Assembly (NCBI GenBank): GCA_964016885.1
Contig: OZ024757.1
Span: 8,494,001-8,558,000, forward strand
DNA from: Eledone cirrhosa
Lineage: Eukaryota
Direction: 5' to 3'
Length of the DNA: 64,000 bases
Shown: piece by piece, positions 10,565 to 22,624 of the stretch
Layout: each line of letters begins with the position of its first letter
Position numbering within the stretch: the stretch's first letter is position 1
The notes under the pieces: model-generated
Database searches by the model: none
What the model saw: only the letters and a program-made list of their open reading frames with translations
What the model was told of the DNA's origin: nothing
Made by a program: the position numbers and the translations under genes

Positions 10565-11988
10565 AATTATTGTGTACAGTGCTCAGGTGCACTACAACTC
10601 GTCAAAGGTATATGTATAGTACATAGAAAAATAAACAAATGTCAGGGAAATGAATAGTGTATGAGTCATGATATACAAGTGTCTATGTGTATGGAGGGGG
10701 AACATTAGGTGTAGTGTTGGTGAATCTCGGGAAGCATGGAGGCCTTAAAGGATGCAGTGTCTTGACAGCTAACAACTGATGGAGGTTTTAAAGGATGCAG
10801 TGTCTCAACAGCTAACAACCGATGCAGGTAGTTTGTTCCATGGAGGTTTTAAAGGATGCAGTGTCTCGACAGCTAACAACCGATGCAGGTAGTTTGTTCC
10901 ATGGAGGTTTTAAAGGATGCAGTGTCTCGACAGCTAACAACCGATGCAGGTAGTTTGTTCCATGGAGGTTTTAAAGGATGCAGTGTCTCGACAGCTAACA
11001 ACTGATGCAGGTAGTTTGTTCCATGCTTCAACAACTCTGAGCGTGAAAAAATGTTTCCGAAAGTCATGGGAACTGTGCTGTTTTCTGACTTTGTGGGCAT
11101 GTCCATGTGTGTTAGACACATGGAAATCAAAAAGGTGCTCAGGGTTGTTGTTGGCAAGATGGTTAACAATTTTGTGGGTGTTTACCAAGTCAGTTGCCAG
11201 GCGTCGGAGCTTCAATGAATCCATGCCCAGGGAAGCAAGGCGTTCAGAGTATGGTAGATGCCTGATGGAGGGTATTCACTTGGTTGCACGTCTCTTAACA
11301 GTTTCCAGGCGGTCAATGTTCTGAGCAAGATAGGGGTTTCAGATTGGTGATGCAAATTCTAAGTGTGGCCACACCATAGCCATGTACAGCCTTAAATAGA
11401 TAGCTGGAGAGTGGCTGACAAAGGTCTTGCTGAGTGATGCTAAGACACCCTCGGCCCTCTTGACAATTTAAGAGATGTGCTTCGTCCAACGCAAATCGCT
11501 GCTGACCGTAATGCCCAGGTCACGTTCACAAGAAGACTTCTTGATATTAGTGCTGTGGAGGGAGTATGTGGACGCTGGGTTTTTAATCCCAAAATGCAGC
11601 TAGCTTGAGTTGCCAGTCTGTGATCCATTGCTGCATTGTGTCCAGGTTAGACTGCAAGCAAGATCTATAGTGTTCAGGATCTGTCCTTTTTATCTCAAGG
11701 TACAGCTTGATGTCATCTGTGTACTTTAGTACTGTGGCATTCTTTAAGTTGGCATCTGTGTCATTAATATATGCCACAAACAAAAGGGGGCCAGAACAGA
11801 TCCCTGTGGTACACCAGATGACATCTCATATGGTGAGAAATGCTGTCCCAGAACCGTGACTACCTCTCTTCGACTGAGAATGAAGGACTTCAACCAGTTA
11901 AAAACATCATCCTTCACACCCATTGCAGAGAGTTTTGCCGTAAGTATTTTGAGTGGCACAGAATTGAAAGCTTTCGCAAAGTCAAGGT
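10537..11988 (-). mobile_element. 5'-truncated CR1/L2-group LINE (same family as 40715-45170)
   Basis: GVPQGSVL, YINDT, KYTDD and FFTLRVVEAWNKLP motifs; (TAA)n tail at the left end. Confidence 0.9.
10736..11024. repeat. 61-bp tandem repeat amplified from the CR1 ORF2 C-terminus (~4.5 copies)
   Basis: Unit catggaggttttaaaggatgcagtgtctcgacagctaacaaccgatgcaggtagtttgttc. It is single-copy in the 40.9 kb element. Confidence 0.9.
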
Positions 11989-11998
11989 ATATATATAT

Positions 11999-14889
11999 AT
12001 GTGTGTGTTCAAGAGACGAGGTGCAGGGGTGGGTCTGCTAGATTCATTGTGGGTAAAAAAAGATGCTATGAACTTTTCTGGATGGGAAATGACAATGGGC
12101 TGGGTGGAGTAGGAATTATGTTAGCAGAGAAATGGGTAGATAAGATAATTGCCATAAATAGAGTGAACAACAGAATAATTAGAATAAGACTAATTTTAAA
12201 TATAACAACTATGACTATAATATCCACTTATGCACCCCAATCTGGCCTACTTGATGTTATAAAAGACAGGTTCTATGATTTGCTAATGCTCACTTCCTCC
12301 CAAATAACAGACAGTGACTGCATAATTATTGCTGGTGACCTAAATGGTCACATTGGACAACATAGTGATGGCTATGATGGAATCCATGGAGGCTATGGGT
12401 TTGGTACTAGAAATGAAGAAGGCTTCAGGATCCTGGAATTTTGTGACGCTAATAACCTAACTATCTGTAACACAAACTTCGAAAAAAACGAGACAATCAC
12501 TTCATCACCTATAGATCAGGGGACCACGCCAGCCAGATATACGATATCCTTACTAGAAGACATTTCAGAGTGTTTGTTGTAAACACTAAATCCCTCCTCT
12601 GTGAAGAATTCACCTCCCAACATAGCCTAGTAGTTAGTGACCTCACAGTCAGGACTAGATGTACTCGACGACAGAGGAGGACTACCTTGAGGAGAAGATG
12701 GAAGTTGAAGGACCTCACAGCCAGTGACAAATTTAAAAGCATATTAGTTAATACTTTTGACAGTAAAGAGGTGCAATTAGAGACATACAATATAGAGGAA
12801 CAGTGGCAATTATTGAAAGTTAACCTGCTGAAGGCGACAGATGAAATCTGTTGCTGGAGCTGACCTATAGGCAGGAGGAGAGTAACTTGGAGGCGGAGGA
12901 GACAATCAGGCTTGGAAAGTATTGTGGGATGGGGAAAGTAGAGAACACTATTAGGTGGCCAGGAGACAATTGTACTTTGCAAGAAGGGAAGCAGAGAATA
13001 GAAAGTTCAAGCATGTTCTACAGCGTGAGGTGTTCAGGATCGCAAAACAAAGTGTCAAGGAAAACCGTGATATTGTCAGGGAGAAGTGTGTCCGTAACGA
13101 TGATGGTGTACTTGTCCTCACTGATACTGATAAGAAGGTAGCTTCGAAGTGTCACTGCGAGAGACCACTAAGTAAGGTGAATAAATGGGAAAAAGATAGT
13201 CTTCCCCAAATCGATCCAATAGAGGGACCAGCGGTGCAAGTTAATGGTAGTATAGTAAGTAAGGCAATCAAAGATATGAAGACGGGCAAGGCAGCTGGGC
13301 CTTTGGAGATAGTTGTTGAGATGTTGAAAGCATCTGGAATGGTGGAACATACTATGGACATCCAGATAGTAAACCAAGTAATACAGAATGGGGTCATACC
13401 AGATGACTGGCATAGCAGCATCATCGTTAACTGCTACAAGGGTAAAGGAGATACGCTAGATAGGGGAAACTATAGAGGCATTAAGGTAGTTGACCAGGTC
13501 ATGAAGGTCACAGAAAGAGTTATAGCACAACTAATCAGAGACCAACTTGATCTAGATGAAATGCAGTTTGGGTTCATGCCATGTAAAAGTACCACAGATG
13601 CTATTTTCATTGTACGACAACTACAGGAGAAGTAGCTAGCTAAAAGTAAACCCCTTATACTCAGCTTTTGTTGACTTGGAGAAAGCATTTGACAGAGTCC
13701 CCCACTCCATTATTTGGTGGGCCCTTAGAAATGTAGGAGTAGATGAATGGCTTGTGAGAGATATACAAGCCATGTATAAAGAAACAGTCAGTAAGGTTAG
13801 AATTAACAATGAATATAGTGAAGAATTTAGTGCAAAAGTAGGTGTTCAGCAAGGCCCCATCCTTAGATTCCTCCTGTTTATTATTGCCCTTCAGTCTATA
13901 ACAGAGGGGTTTAAGACCAGCTGCCCATGGGAACTTCTATATGCAGATGATCTAACTCTCCTAGCCTAATCTATGGCTGAACTAGAGAAGAAATTCCAAA
14001 AATGGAGGTATGGCCTTGAATCAAAAGGCCTTAAAGTTAACTTGTCTAAGACTAAAGGTTTAGTATGTAGAAAAGAAAATAGGGCACTGATGCCATGCTC
14101 AGTGTGTAGGAAAGGAGTAGGTAGAAATTCCATTCTATGTCCCAAATGCAGACTATGGGTACATAAAAGATGTAGTGAGATCACAGGTAAGCTATCTAAG
14201 AATGTAGATTTTATATGTGGCCGATGCTCATGTGAAATAAGAAGCATGAACGGCAAAACATAAAGGAACTAAGTGAGAATTAGGAATAAGAGGGATCAGA
14301 TTCTGTTTACTTGAGAGAAGATTATGTTGGTATGGTCCTGTGATGCACATGAACGATGACAGCTTTATAAAAAAGTGCAGGGTGATCAAAATTGATGGAA
14401 GTTACGGAGTAGGTAGACCCAGAAAAACCTGGGACAACATAAAATCCAACCTTGCACACTTACACCTCTCTTAGACAATGTCACTGGAACGAGATCTATG
14501 GCACCACACAGTAACAGAGAAGAACTGCCATCCCTATGTGCAAAGGTAACCTACAGTCAGTAGGACCCTCCTAACCAAATATACACCCCAACCCACAACC
14601 CCTACTCCATCTTCCCACCATCACTACCCTGTCTCTGTAAAGTTATGTTGGTGCCACAACATCCAGTCCAAACTAAAGAGGTAGTGTAGGTGTCATCACG
14701 CAAAGACTCCCAGTCCATACTGGAAATGTGGTTGGTGTTAGGAAGGGCATCCAGCTGTAGAAAACCTGCCAGATACAGTCCTATACGAGCGAGACACGGT
14801 CACCCAATCAATCTTGCCTCAAGTGGGACAATTCCCGTCTAACCCATGCTAGCGTGGAAGATAGACATTAAATGATAATGATGATGATG
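11999..14889 (+). mobile_element. Degenerate RTE LINE (APE + RT + PHD), duplication copy 1
   Basis: ORF pieces QETR, GDLNGHIG, NYRGIK, QFGFMP and LLYADD; (TGA)n tail; multiple frameshifts. Confidence 0.93.
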
Positions 14890-15667
14890 ATATATAGTGT
14901 ATATAATAGTTGTAATGTCACTGGTGCTGATCTATATCAGCCTTTCCCTTGGACAACATGACATATAGTCTATATATATTGGACAATATTATATATGGTG
15001 TATATGTGGTGTATATAGTAGTTGTGACAATATTCTATATACATATGTACACACACACTGACAAACATGTATATACATATAGAAGGGTCGGATGAGAAGT
15101 TCATAGACTGACCAAGTTACTCTCATGGAATGAGACAATGTATACACAAATATATACTATATATATGTATACAAACACATATATATTGTATAGTGAAGTC
15201 ATACATCATATGGTAATATCATGTTTTCAATTGTCAGTTAGGGAGGTACATTGTGTCCTTAAGCAAGACACATCATTCCACATGTCTCTAATCTCCACAG
15301 CTGAAAAAGACAAGTATCAGCTTTAGTTGGAGGTTTAGCATGGGTTGTATCATTCTCTGCCTCCAACATTTTCCCTGCAGCCACAAACCCAGGCTTTACT
15401 ACCTGCAATAGAGAGAAGAGGGAGATAGTTAAATACTGGGGCCTGACAAACCACTTCCTCTCTGTCCCCACACTGCTGATTTTCTCCTCAAAATTAGAAA
15501 GACAGCAGCCCCCTTGGGGAAGTAGTCCCATGAGGTGGGGTGGATGTTGTAGTGGGTGACTCTGGCTATTCTCTGTGGTAACACCTTTGCAATTTTGTCT
15601 GTAGGGTGGGGCTGAATCACAGCTCAGACTGAAATATAAAGTCTGTCCCTCTCCCGTTAATTTCGTT

Positions 15668-15855
15668 GGATTGGCAGTGTTGGTAGAGCGTCGGGCGCCA
15701 AGCTTTGTAGCATAGAGTTACCTCCCTCTATGATCTGAGTTCAAATCCCGCCGAGGTTAACTTTGCCTTTCATCCTTACGAGGTCGATAAAATAAAGTAC
15801 CAGTAATACACTGGAATAATTGCTGGCCTTGTGCCAAAAGTAGAAACAATTATTT
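15668..15855 (+). mobile_element. tRNA-derived SINE (MetaSINE-like central domain)
   Basis: A-box-like TGGCAGTGTTGG, B-box GAGTTCAAATCC, then GCCTTTCATCCTTACGAGGTCGATAAAATAAAGTACCAG. Many copies in the window. Confidence 0.8.
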
Positions 15856-16430
15856 TCGTTGTTTGATTCGTTTTTTTTTTTTTTTCCATTACGTAAATCT
15901 TTTATTAACTTTAATAATGTGTTTTGGTTTAATATGAACAGTTATATAAAATTAATAACGTTATTTATTCAAATCTGAATAAAGTACTAGCATATCTATT
16001 GAACGTATGAATCTAAACTATAATAAAAGAAGGAGCGCGGGACTGCGTACAGTTTCTAATTGTTTATCCCATTAATAAAATAAGTTAGATTACTTTGAAT
16101 AAATAATGAATGAATATTACATAATTTATCTACTAAATTTCGGGGCTGTTGATTAAATATATTTTGTTTGTTTAAAAATTCACTTCTTTAAAATTTCTGA
16201 AATGCCAACACTTCCGGTTTGCCATCACTTCAATAAACTATTAATTTTCTGTCACTAATTTTCTCCTAATGCAGTTTATATATAATATCGTCTTTTTTAA
16301 TGTATCATGGATTACGTTACTGATTACATAAGACAGTGTAACACAGTCTTCGTTCAATTTCTGTGTATTATATATTTGTTTCTACTTTAGGCACAAGGCC
16401 AGCAAATACTCAGTTCATTACTGGTACTTT

Positions 16431-16625
16431 AAGGCGGTGGATTGGCAGTATTGGTAGAGGATCGGACGCCATGCTTTGACGCATAGAGTTACGGCCCTTG
16501 TCATTCTGAGTTCAAATCCCGCCGAGGTTAACTTTGCCTTTCATCCTTACGGGGTCGATAAAATAAAGTACCAGTAATACACTGGCAAAGTTACTGGCCT
16601 TGTGCCTAACGTTGAAACAATTATA
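16431..16625 (+). mobile_element. tRNA-derived SINE, same family
   Basis: Same A/B boxes and central domain, preceded by an inverted piece of its own tail (16380-16430). Confidence 0.8.
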
Positions 16626-16864
16626 TATTGTAAATTACGATTTTATTTGATGTATCATATCTACATGTATATATATATACTTGCGTATAATATCAATATA
16701 CACACTACACATGCTAGCTGAAAACCACCCGAAGGTAGCATGTGTAGTGTGTATATTGATATTACACGCAGGTATATATATACATGTATCATATATACCT
16801 GCGTATAATATCAATATACACACTACACACGCTACCTTCGGGTGGTTTTCTGCTAGTTCATATA

Positions 16865-16925
16865 ACGGAAGTTGTTTCTGAATGTATTAAATTATGTGGG
16901 GGACTTTTAAGTGATGACACCGGTG
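16865..16925 (+). promoter_or_regulatory. Conserved upstream motif of the ZNF gene module (candidate promoter or first exon)
   Basis: CGGAAGT...TGAATGTATTAAATTAT...GGGACTTTTAA...TGACACCGG recurs at ~33135, ~47590 and, reversed, at ~400-440 and ~40605-40645. Confidence 0.4.
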
Positions 16926-17130
16926 TCAACTAGACGGTGAAATATTACCATTTATATCTGCTCCATTGTTACAACTTAAACCTCATCTAATTTTATCTTT
17001 TATGGTGATTATTTCATATTAAGGTGCACGTTAATGTTTGTAAATAACATAAGGTGACTTATTTACCTCATAGTTGTTGTTTTATCACCTGTATTATTAA
17101 ATATTGAAGGGGTTGTTCAACATTTTACAG

Positions 17131-17219
17131 GACAGGAAAATATTATTTTAATCAGAAATCAGTGAACATTTAGTTTTTACTAACTTTTCTTGACTTTATA
17201 TTTGGTCTTGACAACTAAA
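17131..17219 (+). other. Putative 89-nt non-coding exon of ZNF gene 1
   Basis: cattttacag|GACAGG...CAACTAAA|gtacgt. Stops occur in all three frames and there is no ATG. Confidence 0.6.
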
Positions 17220-17785
17220 GTACGTATTATTTCCTTTTCCACGTCAACACAAACATTGTGAACTTTTCTATCTGAAGTGAAATATCTTGATTTATTACAA
17301 CACCTACACACACACACACATCTATTTCTCTCTCTCATACCTACACACTGTATGTCTGTATATATATTAACCTTCATCTTTTGAAATTATGGATATTAAT
17401 TCTCTTGTCACCTGAACTGTCCTCAATAACAAGAACCTTAACTATAGAAGTCTTATTCGTCTGTTTTATGAACTGAGGATTTTATTGTGAATAGAGCTTC
17501 TCTCAACTTAACAATAATAATAGTGGAATATTCCACAATAATCACACTCACACACACACACATATATATATAAGCACTTGCCTTTTCTTCATCCAAGATC
17601 AGTCTTACACTGACATATGTCTTATTACTTGTACCAATTAAATGCTACATTACAACTTTGTAGAAGAAGAAAGCGGACTTCTGCAGTCTTTTATGGACCC
17701 TTTGTATATTAGAATACATGGCATCTATTAACGATACCTACATTTCTTAATGTATCAGTAAAAGTGGTGAGACTCCTTTATGTAA

Positions 17786-18484
<699 letters not shown>

Positions 18485-18584
18485 ACCCCATCACTGTGAA
18501 ATGTGAAACACACAAATATACAGACACACTCTGGACTGAAGTATATAAAATGTGAAGCTTGAAAAATCCTTATCTTATACTTAC

Positions 18585-19130
18585 CATCATCATCATCATC
18601 ACGGTTTTCCCTCCATTCTTCCACGCTAGCATAAGTTAGACGGGTTGTGGGCAATGCCAGGTCAGGGAACTGATTTTGGCTTGATTTCTACAGCTGGATG
18701 CCCTTCCTAACACAAAACCTCATTTACAGTGAGTGCTGGGTGCTTTCTTTACCATGGTATCTACACGACTACTTTACAGTGTGGGCTGGGTGATTTTTTT
18801 ACCATGGTATCTACATGACTACTTTACAGTGCGGGCTGGGTGCTTTTTTTTTCGTGATATCTCCATGACCATTTTTGCAGTGGGTGGGGATGGGGAGATA
18901 TTGTCTATATGCTTCAGCTTCGGCTTGTACCCGTGTGAAGTCGGGTCTTCTGTATTACCAACTGACATCAGAGGTCACGGTCCTGTGTCATTGTATTTGA
19001 GAGGCACAATTGGGCAAGGTCAGCTTTTATCACCTCATCCCAGGTCTTCCTGGTTCTCCCCACTCCATGGCTTACATCGACTTTTAGAACTCTGCACCTG
19101 TTAATGCAGCTGTCATCCTTCATACGCATC
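18585..19130 (-). mobile_element. RTE LINE 3' fragment
   Basis: (CAT)n tail, RTE 3' UTR motif cagctggatgcccttcctaac, and a KTWDEVIKADL-like C-terminus. Paralogue at 35115-35560. Confidence 0.8.
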
Positions 19131-19161
<31 letters not shown>

Positions 19162-19820
19162 TCCTCAATCAAACAAGAAACATACCACCATATATTGAAG
19201 ATTACTACAATAACTAGGGAGCCGAGGACAAGACATAACAGACATTCCTACCAAAGAATGGATGCCCTGATTAGCTGGCTCCTGTGGTGGATACCTAAAC
19301 ATAGTAAGACCCTAGTGGGATGACTGAAAATGTCCTACATAGATCAGATGTCTAGGGATGTTCAGCTGGGGATTAATGATCTCAAGAATGCCACGAAATA
19401 ATATATATATATATTGATGAACATTTATTATTCTCCTTCTCTGGAAGAAATCACCTGTTCCAACCTGGTGAGTGAAGGGCTCCACCAAGCTTCAAATGTC
19501 CACAGTGACACCCCTATGACTCCATCAATATAAGAAAAACAAACAAGATTGATGTGTTTATATGTGTTATTTTACAAACACTAACTGATTTATGTTTATA
19601 TTTATGACAAAATATCCACATTTATGTGTAAATAAAAACAATTTTATAACTTTAATATTTGTTGATGGTACTTTCATGACAGTTGAAATTATGACTTGAT
19701 TTCTACAGCTGGATGCCCTTCCTAACACCAACCTCATTTACAGTGAGTGCTGGGTGCTTTTTTGCCGTGGCACCTCCACGTCCACTTTACAGTGGAATGA
19801 TAGGGACCCCAGTCCCTATC

Positions 19821-19962
19821 ATCTCATTTCTACAGCTGAGTAAACTGGAGCAATGTGAAATAAAGTGTCTTGCTCAAGGAAACAACACATCACCCGGTCT
19901 GAGAATTGAACTCACAACCTTTCGATTGCAAGGCCAATGCTCTAACCATTAAGCCATGTGCC
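19821..19962 (-). mobile_element. tRNA-derived CORE-like SINE
   Basis: Minus strand TGGCTTAATGG (A box), GAGTTCAATTC (B box), then CCTTGAGCAAGACACTTTATTTCAC. Confidence 0.8.
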
Positions 19963-20488
19963 TCCACACATATATATGTATACATATTATTTCATCATCA
20001 TCATCATCATCATCATCAGGTTTAGCGTCCGTGTTCCACGCTTGCATGGGTTTGGACGGGGGTTTTCCCACTTGAGGCAAGAGTGGTTGTCTTGCTCGCA
20101 TAGGACTGTCTGGCGGGTTTTCTACAGTTGGATTCCCTTCCTAACACCAACCACATTTACAGTGTGGGGCTGGGAGGTTTTAACCGTGTTGCCTACACGG
20201 CCACATTACAGCGTGGACTGTCTGGCGGGTTTTCTACAGCTGGATGCCCTTCCTAACACCAACCACATTTACAGTGTGGGGCTGGGAGGTTTTTACCGTG
20301 TTTCCTACACGGCCACATTTACAGCGTGGACTGTGTGTTTTTTGTCGTGACACCTACACGATCTCATTTGTTTCGGCCTGGATGTTGTGGGCCCAACATA
20401 ACTTTACATTGAAAGGGGCGGTGTGGGTGGGGTGGAGGTGTGTTTTGATAGAGATGCCTACTGACTGTAGTAGGTTTTTACTTTGTAT

Positions 20489-22624
20489 TTAGGTAAGGCG
20501 GGTCTTCTCTATTACTGAGTACCGCCAAAGGTCTCGGTCCAGTGACATTGTCTTGGAGAGGTGTAAGTGTGTGAGGTCGTAATTTATCAGCTCGTCCCAT
20601 GTTTTTCTGGGTCTGCCTACTCCGTGGCTACCGTCTATCTTTATTGCCCTGCACTTTGTTATACAGCTGTCGTCTTTCATGCGCATCACGTGACCGTACC
20701 AACGTAGCCTTCTCTCGAGTAAACAACATCTGATCCCTCTTATTTCTAATTTTTTCCTTAGTTCATTTATGCTTTGCCGTTCACGTATATTACTATTGCA
20801 CATCCAGCGGAGCATGCAAGCTTCGTTCCTCTCTAGTCTGCGTATATCCTCTGCACACAATGCCCAGGTCTCACTGCCATGCAGCATTGCTGTTCGTATG
20901 CAGGCATCGTATAACCTGCCTTTCATTTTTAGGGAGAACCCTCTAGCGGCTAATAGTGGTATAAGCTCTCTGAACTTTTTCCATCCAGTTCTGACTCTAG
21001 CTACTGTACTTTCAGAGCACCCTCCCCCACTGCTGATTTTGTCACCCAGATAACGGAAGCTGTCCACTATTTCTATAGAACCCTCTGCGCAGTTGAAGGA
21101 GCTAGTATTTTGTGGGCACTTGCTGCTACTTATTGCACCAGAGCACCGGCCACATGTAAAATCTATGTTCTTAGTTAGCTTACCTGTGATCCCACTACAT
21201 CTTTTATGCACCCATACTTTGCATTTGGGACATAAAATGGAGTTTCTACCTACGCCTTTCCTACACACTGAGCATGGCCATTTCCCAGATGGGACCGCCG
21301 CCTTATTTTCTTTCCTACAAACTAGAACTTTAGTCTTAGCCAGGTTAATTTTAAGGCCTTTTGATTCTAGGCCGTGCTTCCATGTTTGGAATTTCTTCTC
21401 TAGTTCGGTTATTGATTCAGCTATGAGCGTTAGATCATCTGCGTATAGGAGTTCCCATGGGCAGCCGGTCTTGAACTCCTCTGTTATAGCCTGAAGGGCA
21501 ATAATAAATAGTAGGGGGCTAAGAACAGAGCCCTGATGGACACCAACTTTTACGCTAAACTCTTCACTATATTCGTTGTTAATTCTAACCTTACTGATTG
21601 TTTCTTTATACATGGCTTGTATAGCTCTCACAAGCCATTTGTCAACACCTAGTTTTCTAAGAGACCACCAGATAATGGAACGGGGGACTCTGTCGAAGGC
21701 TTTCTCCAAGTCGACAAAAGCTAAGTATAGGGGTTTACTTTTAGCTAGGTACTTCTCCTGTAGTTGTCGTACAATGAAAAGAGCGTCTGTGGTACTTTTG
21801 CCTGACACAAACCCAAACTGCATTTCATCTAGATCAATTCTCTCTCTGATTAGCTGCGCTATTACTTTTTCCGTGACCTTCATGACCTGGTTGATTAATT
21901 TAATGCTTCTATAGTTACTCCTATCTAGGGCATCTCCTTTTCCCTTATAGCAGTTAACGATGATGCTGCTACGCCATTCCTTCGGAACAACCCCATTCTG
22001 TACGACTTGGTTAACTATCCGGGTGACCGTGGTGTGTCCCACCGAACCAGATGCCTTCAGCATCTCAGCAACTATTTCCGAAGGCCCAGCCGCCTTACCC
22101 GTCTTCATATCTTTGATTGCCTTACTTATTATACTACCTTCAACTAACACTGCTGGTCCCTCTATTGGATCGATCTGGGGGAGACTGTCTTTCTCCCATT
22201 TGTTCTCCTCATTTAGAAGCTTTTCGTAGTGACACTTCCAAGCTACCTTCTTATCAGCGTCGGTGATGGCAAGTACGCCATCATCGTTAAGTACACACTT
22301 CTCCCCGACAATATCACGGTTTTCCTTGACACATTGCCTGGCAATCCTGAACACCTCACGTTTTTGGTCCTCACGTTGTAGAACATGCTTGAACTTTCTT
22401 TCCTCTGCTTCCCTTCTTGTGAAGTACACTTGTCTCCTAGCTTCCCTCCTGGCCACTTGATAGTCTTCTCTACTTCCCCCATCCCGCCATACTTTCCAAG
22501 CCTGCTTTTTGGCCTTAATTGACTCCTCCACCTTACTGTTCCACCACCATGTTACTCTCCTCCTACCTACAGGCCTGCTCCAGCCACAGACTTCGTCAGC
22601 AGGTTTGCTCTCAGGAATTCCCAC
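20489..22624 (-). CDS. RTE reverse transcriptase portion with embedded PHD finger (downstream of the frameshift)
   Basis: NYRSIKL, QFGF, FVDLEKAFD, GVHQGSVLSP, LLYADD and FRYLG; C4HC3 motif at 21143-21274. Confidence 0.9.
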   Translation of the reverse strand: MGIPESKPADEVCGWSRPVGRRRVTWWWNSKVEESIKAKKQAWKVWRDGGSREDYQVARREARRQVYFTRREAEERKFKHVLQREDQKREVFRIARQCVKENRDIVGEKCVLNDDGVLAITDADKKVAWKCHYEKLLNEENKWEKDSLPQIDPIEGPAVLVEGSIISKAIKDMKTGKAAGPSEIVAEMLKASGSVGHTTVTRIVNQVVQNGVVPKEWRSSIIVNCYKGKGDALDRSNYRSIKLINQVMKVTEKVIAQLIRERIDLDEMQFGFVSGKSTTDALFIVRQLQEKYLAKSKPLYLAFVDLEKAFDRVPRSIIWWSLRKLGVDKWLVRAIQAMYKETISKVRINNEYSEEFSVKVGVHQGSVLSPLLFIIALQAITEEFKTGCPWELLYADDLTLIAESITELEKKFQTWKHGLESKGLKINLAKTKVLVCRKENKAAVPSGKWPCSVCRKGVGRNSILCPKCKVWVHKRCSGITGKLTKNIDFTCGRCSGAISSSKCPQNTSSFNCAEGSIEIVDSFRYLGDKISSGGGCSESTVARVRTGWKKFRELIPLLAARGFSLKMKGRLYDACIRTAMLHGSETWALCAEDIRRLERNEACMLRWMCNSNIRERQSINELRKKLEIRGIRCCLLERRLRWYGHVMRMKDDSCITKCRAIKIDGSHGVGRPRKTWDELINYDLTHLHLSKTMSLDRDLWRYSVIEKTRLT

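Noticed and set aside
15668-15750. tRNA genes suggested by A/B boxes
   Set aside because: No cloverleaf, and the boxes run into SINE body sequence present in many decayed copies.
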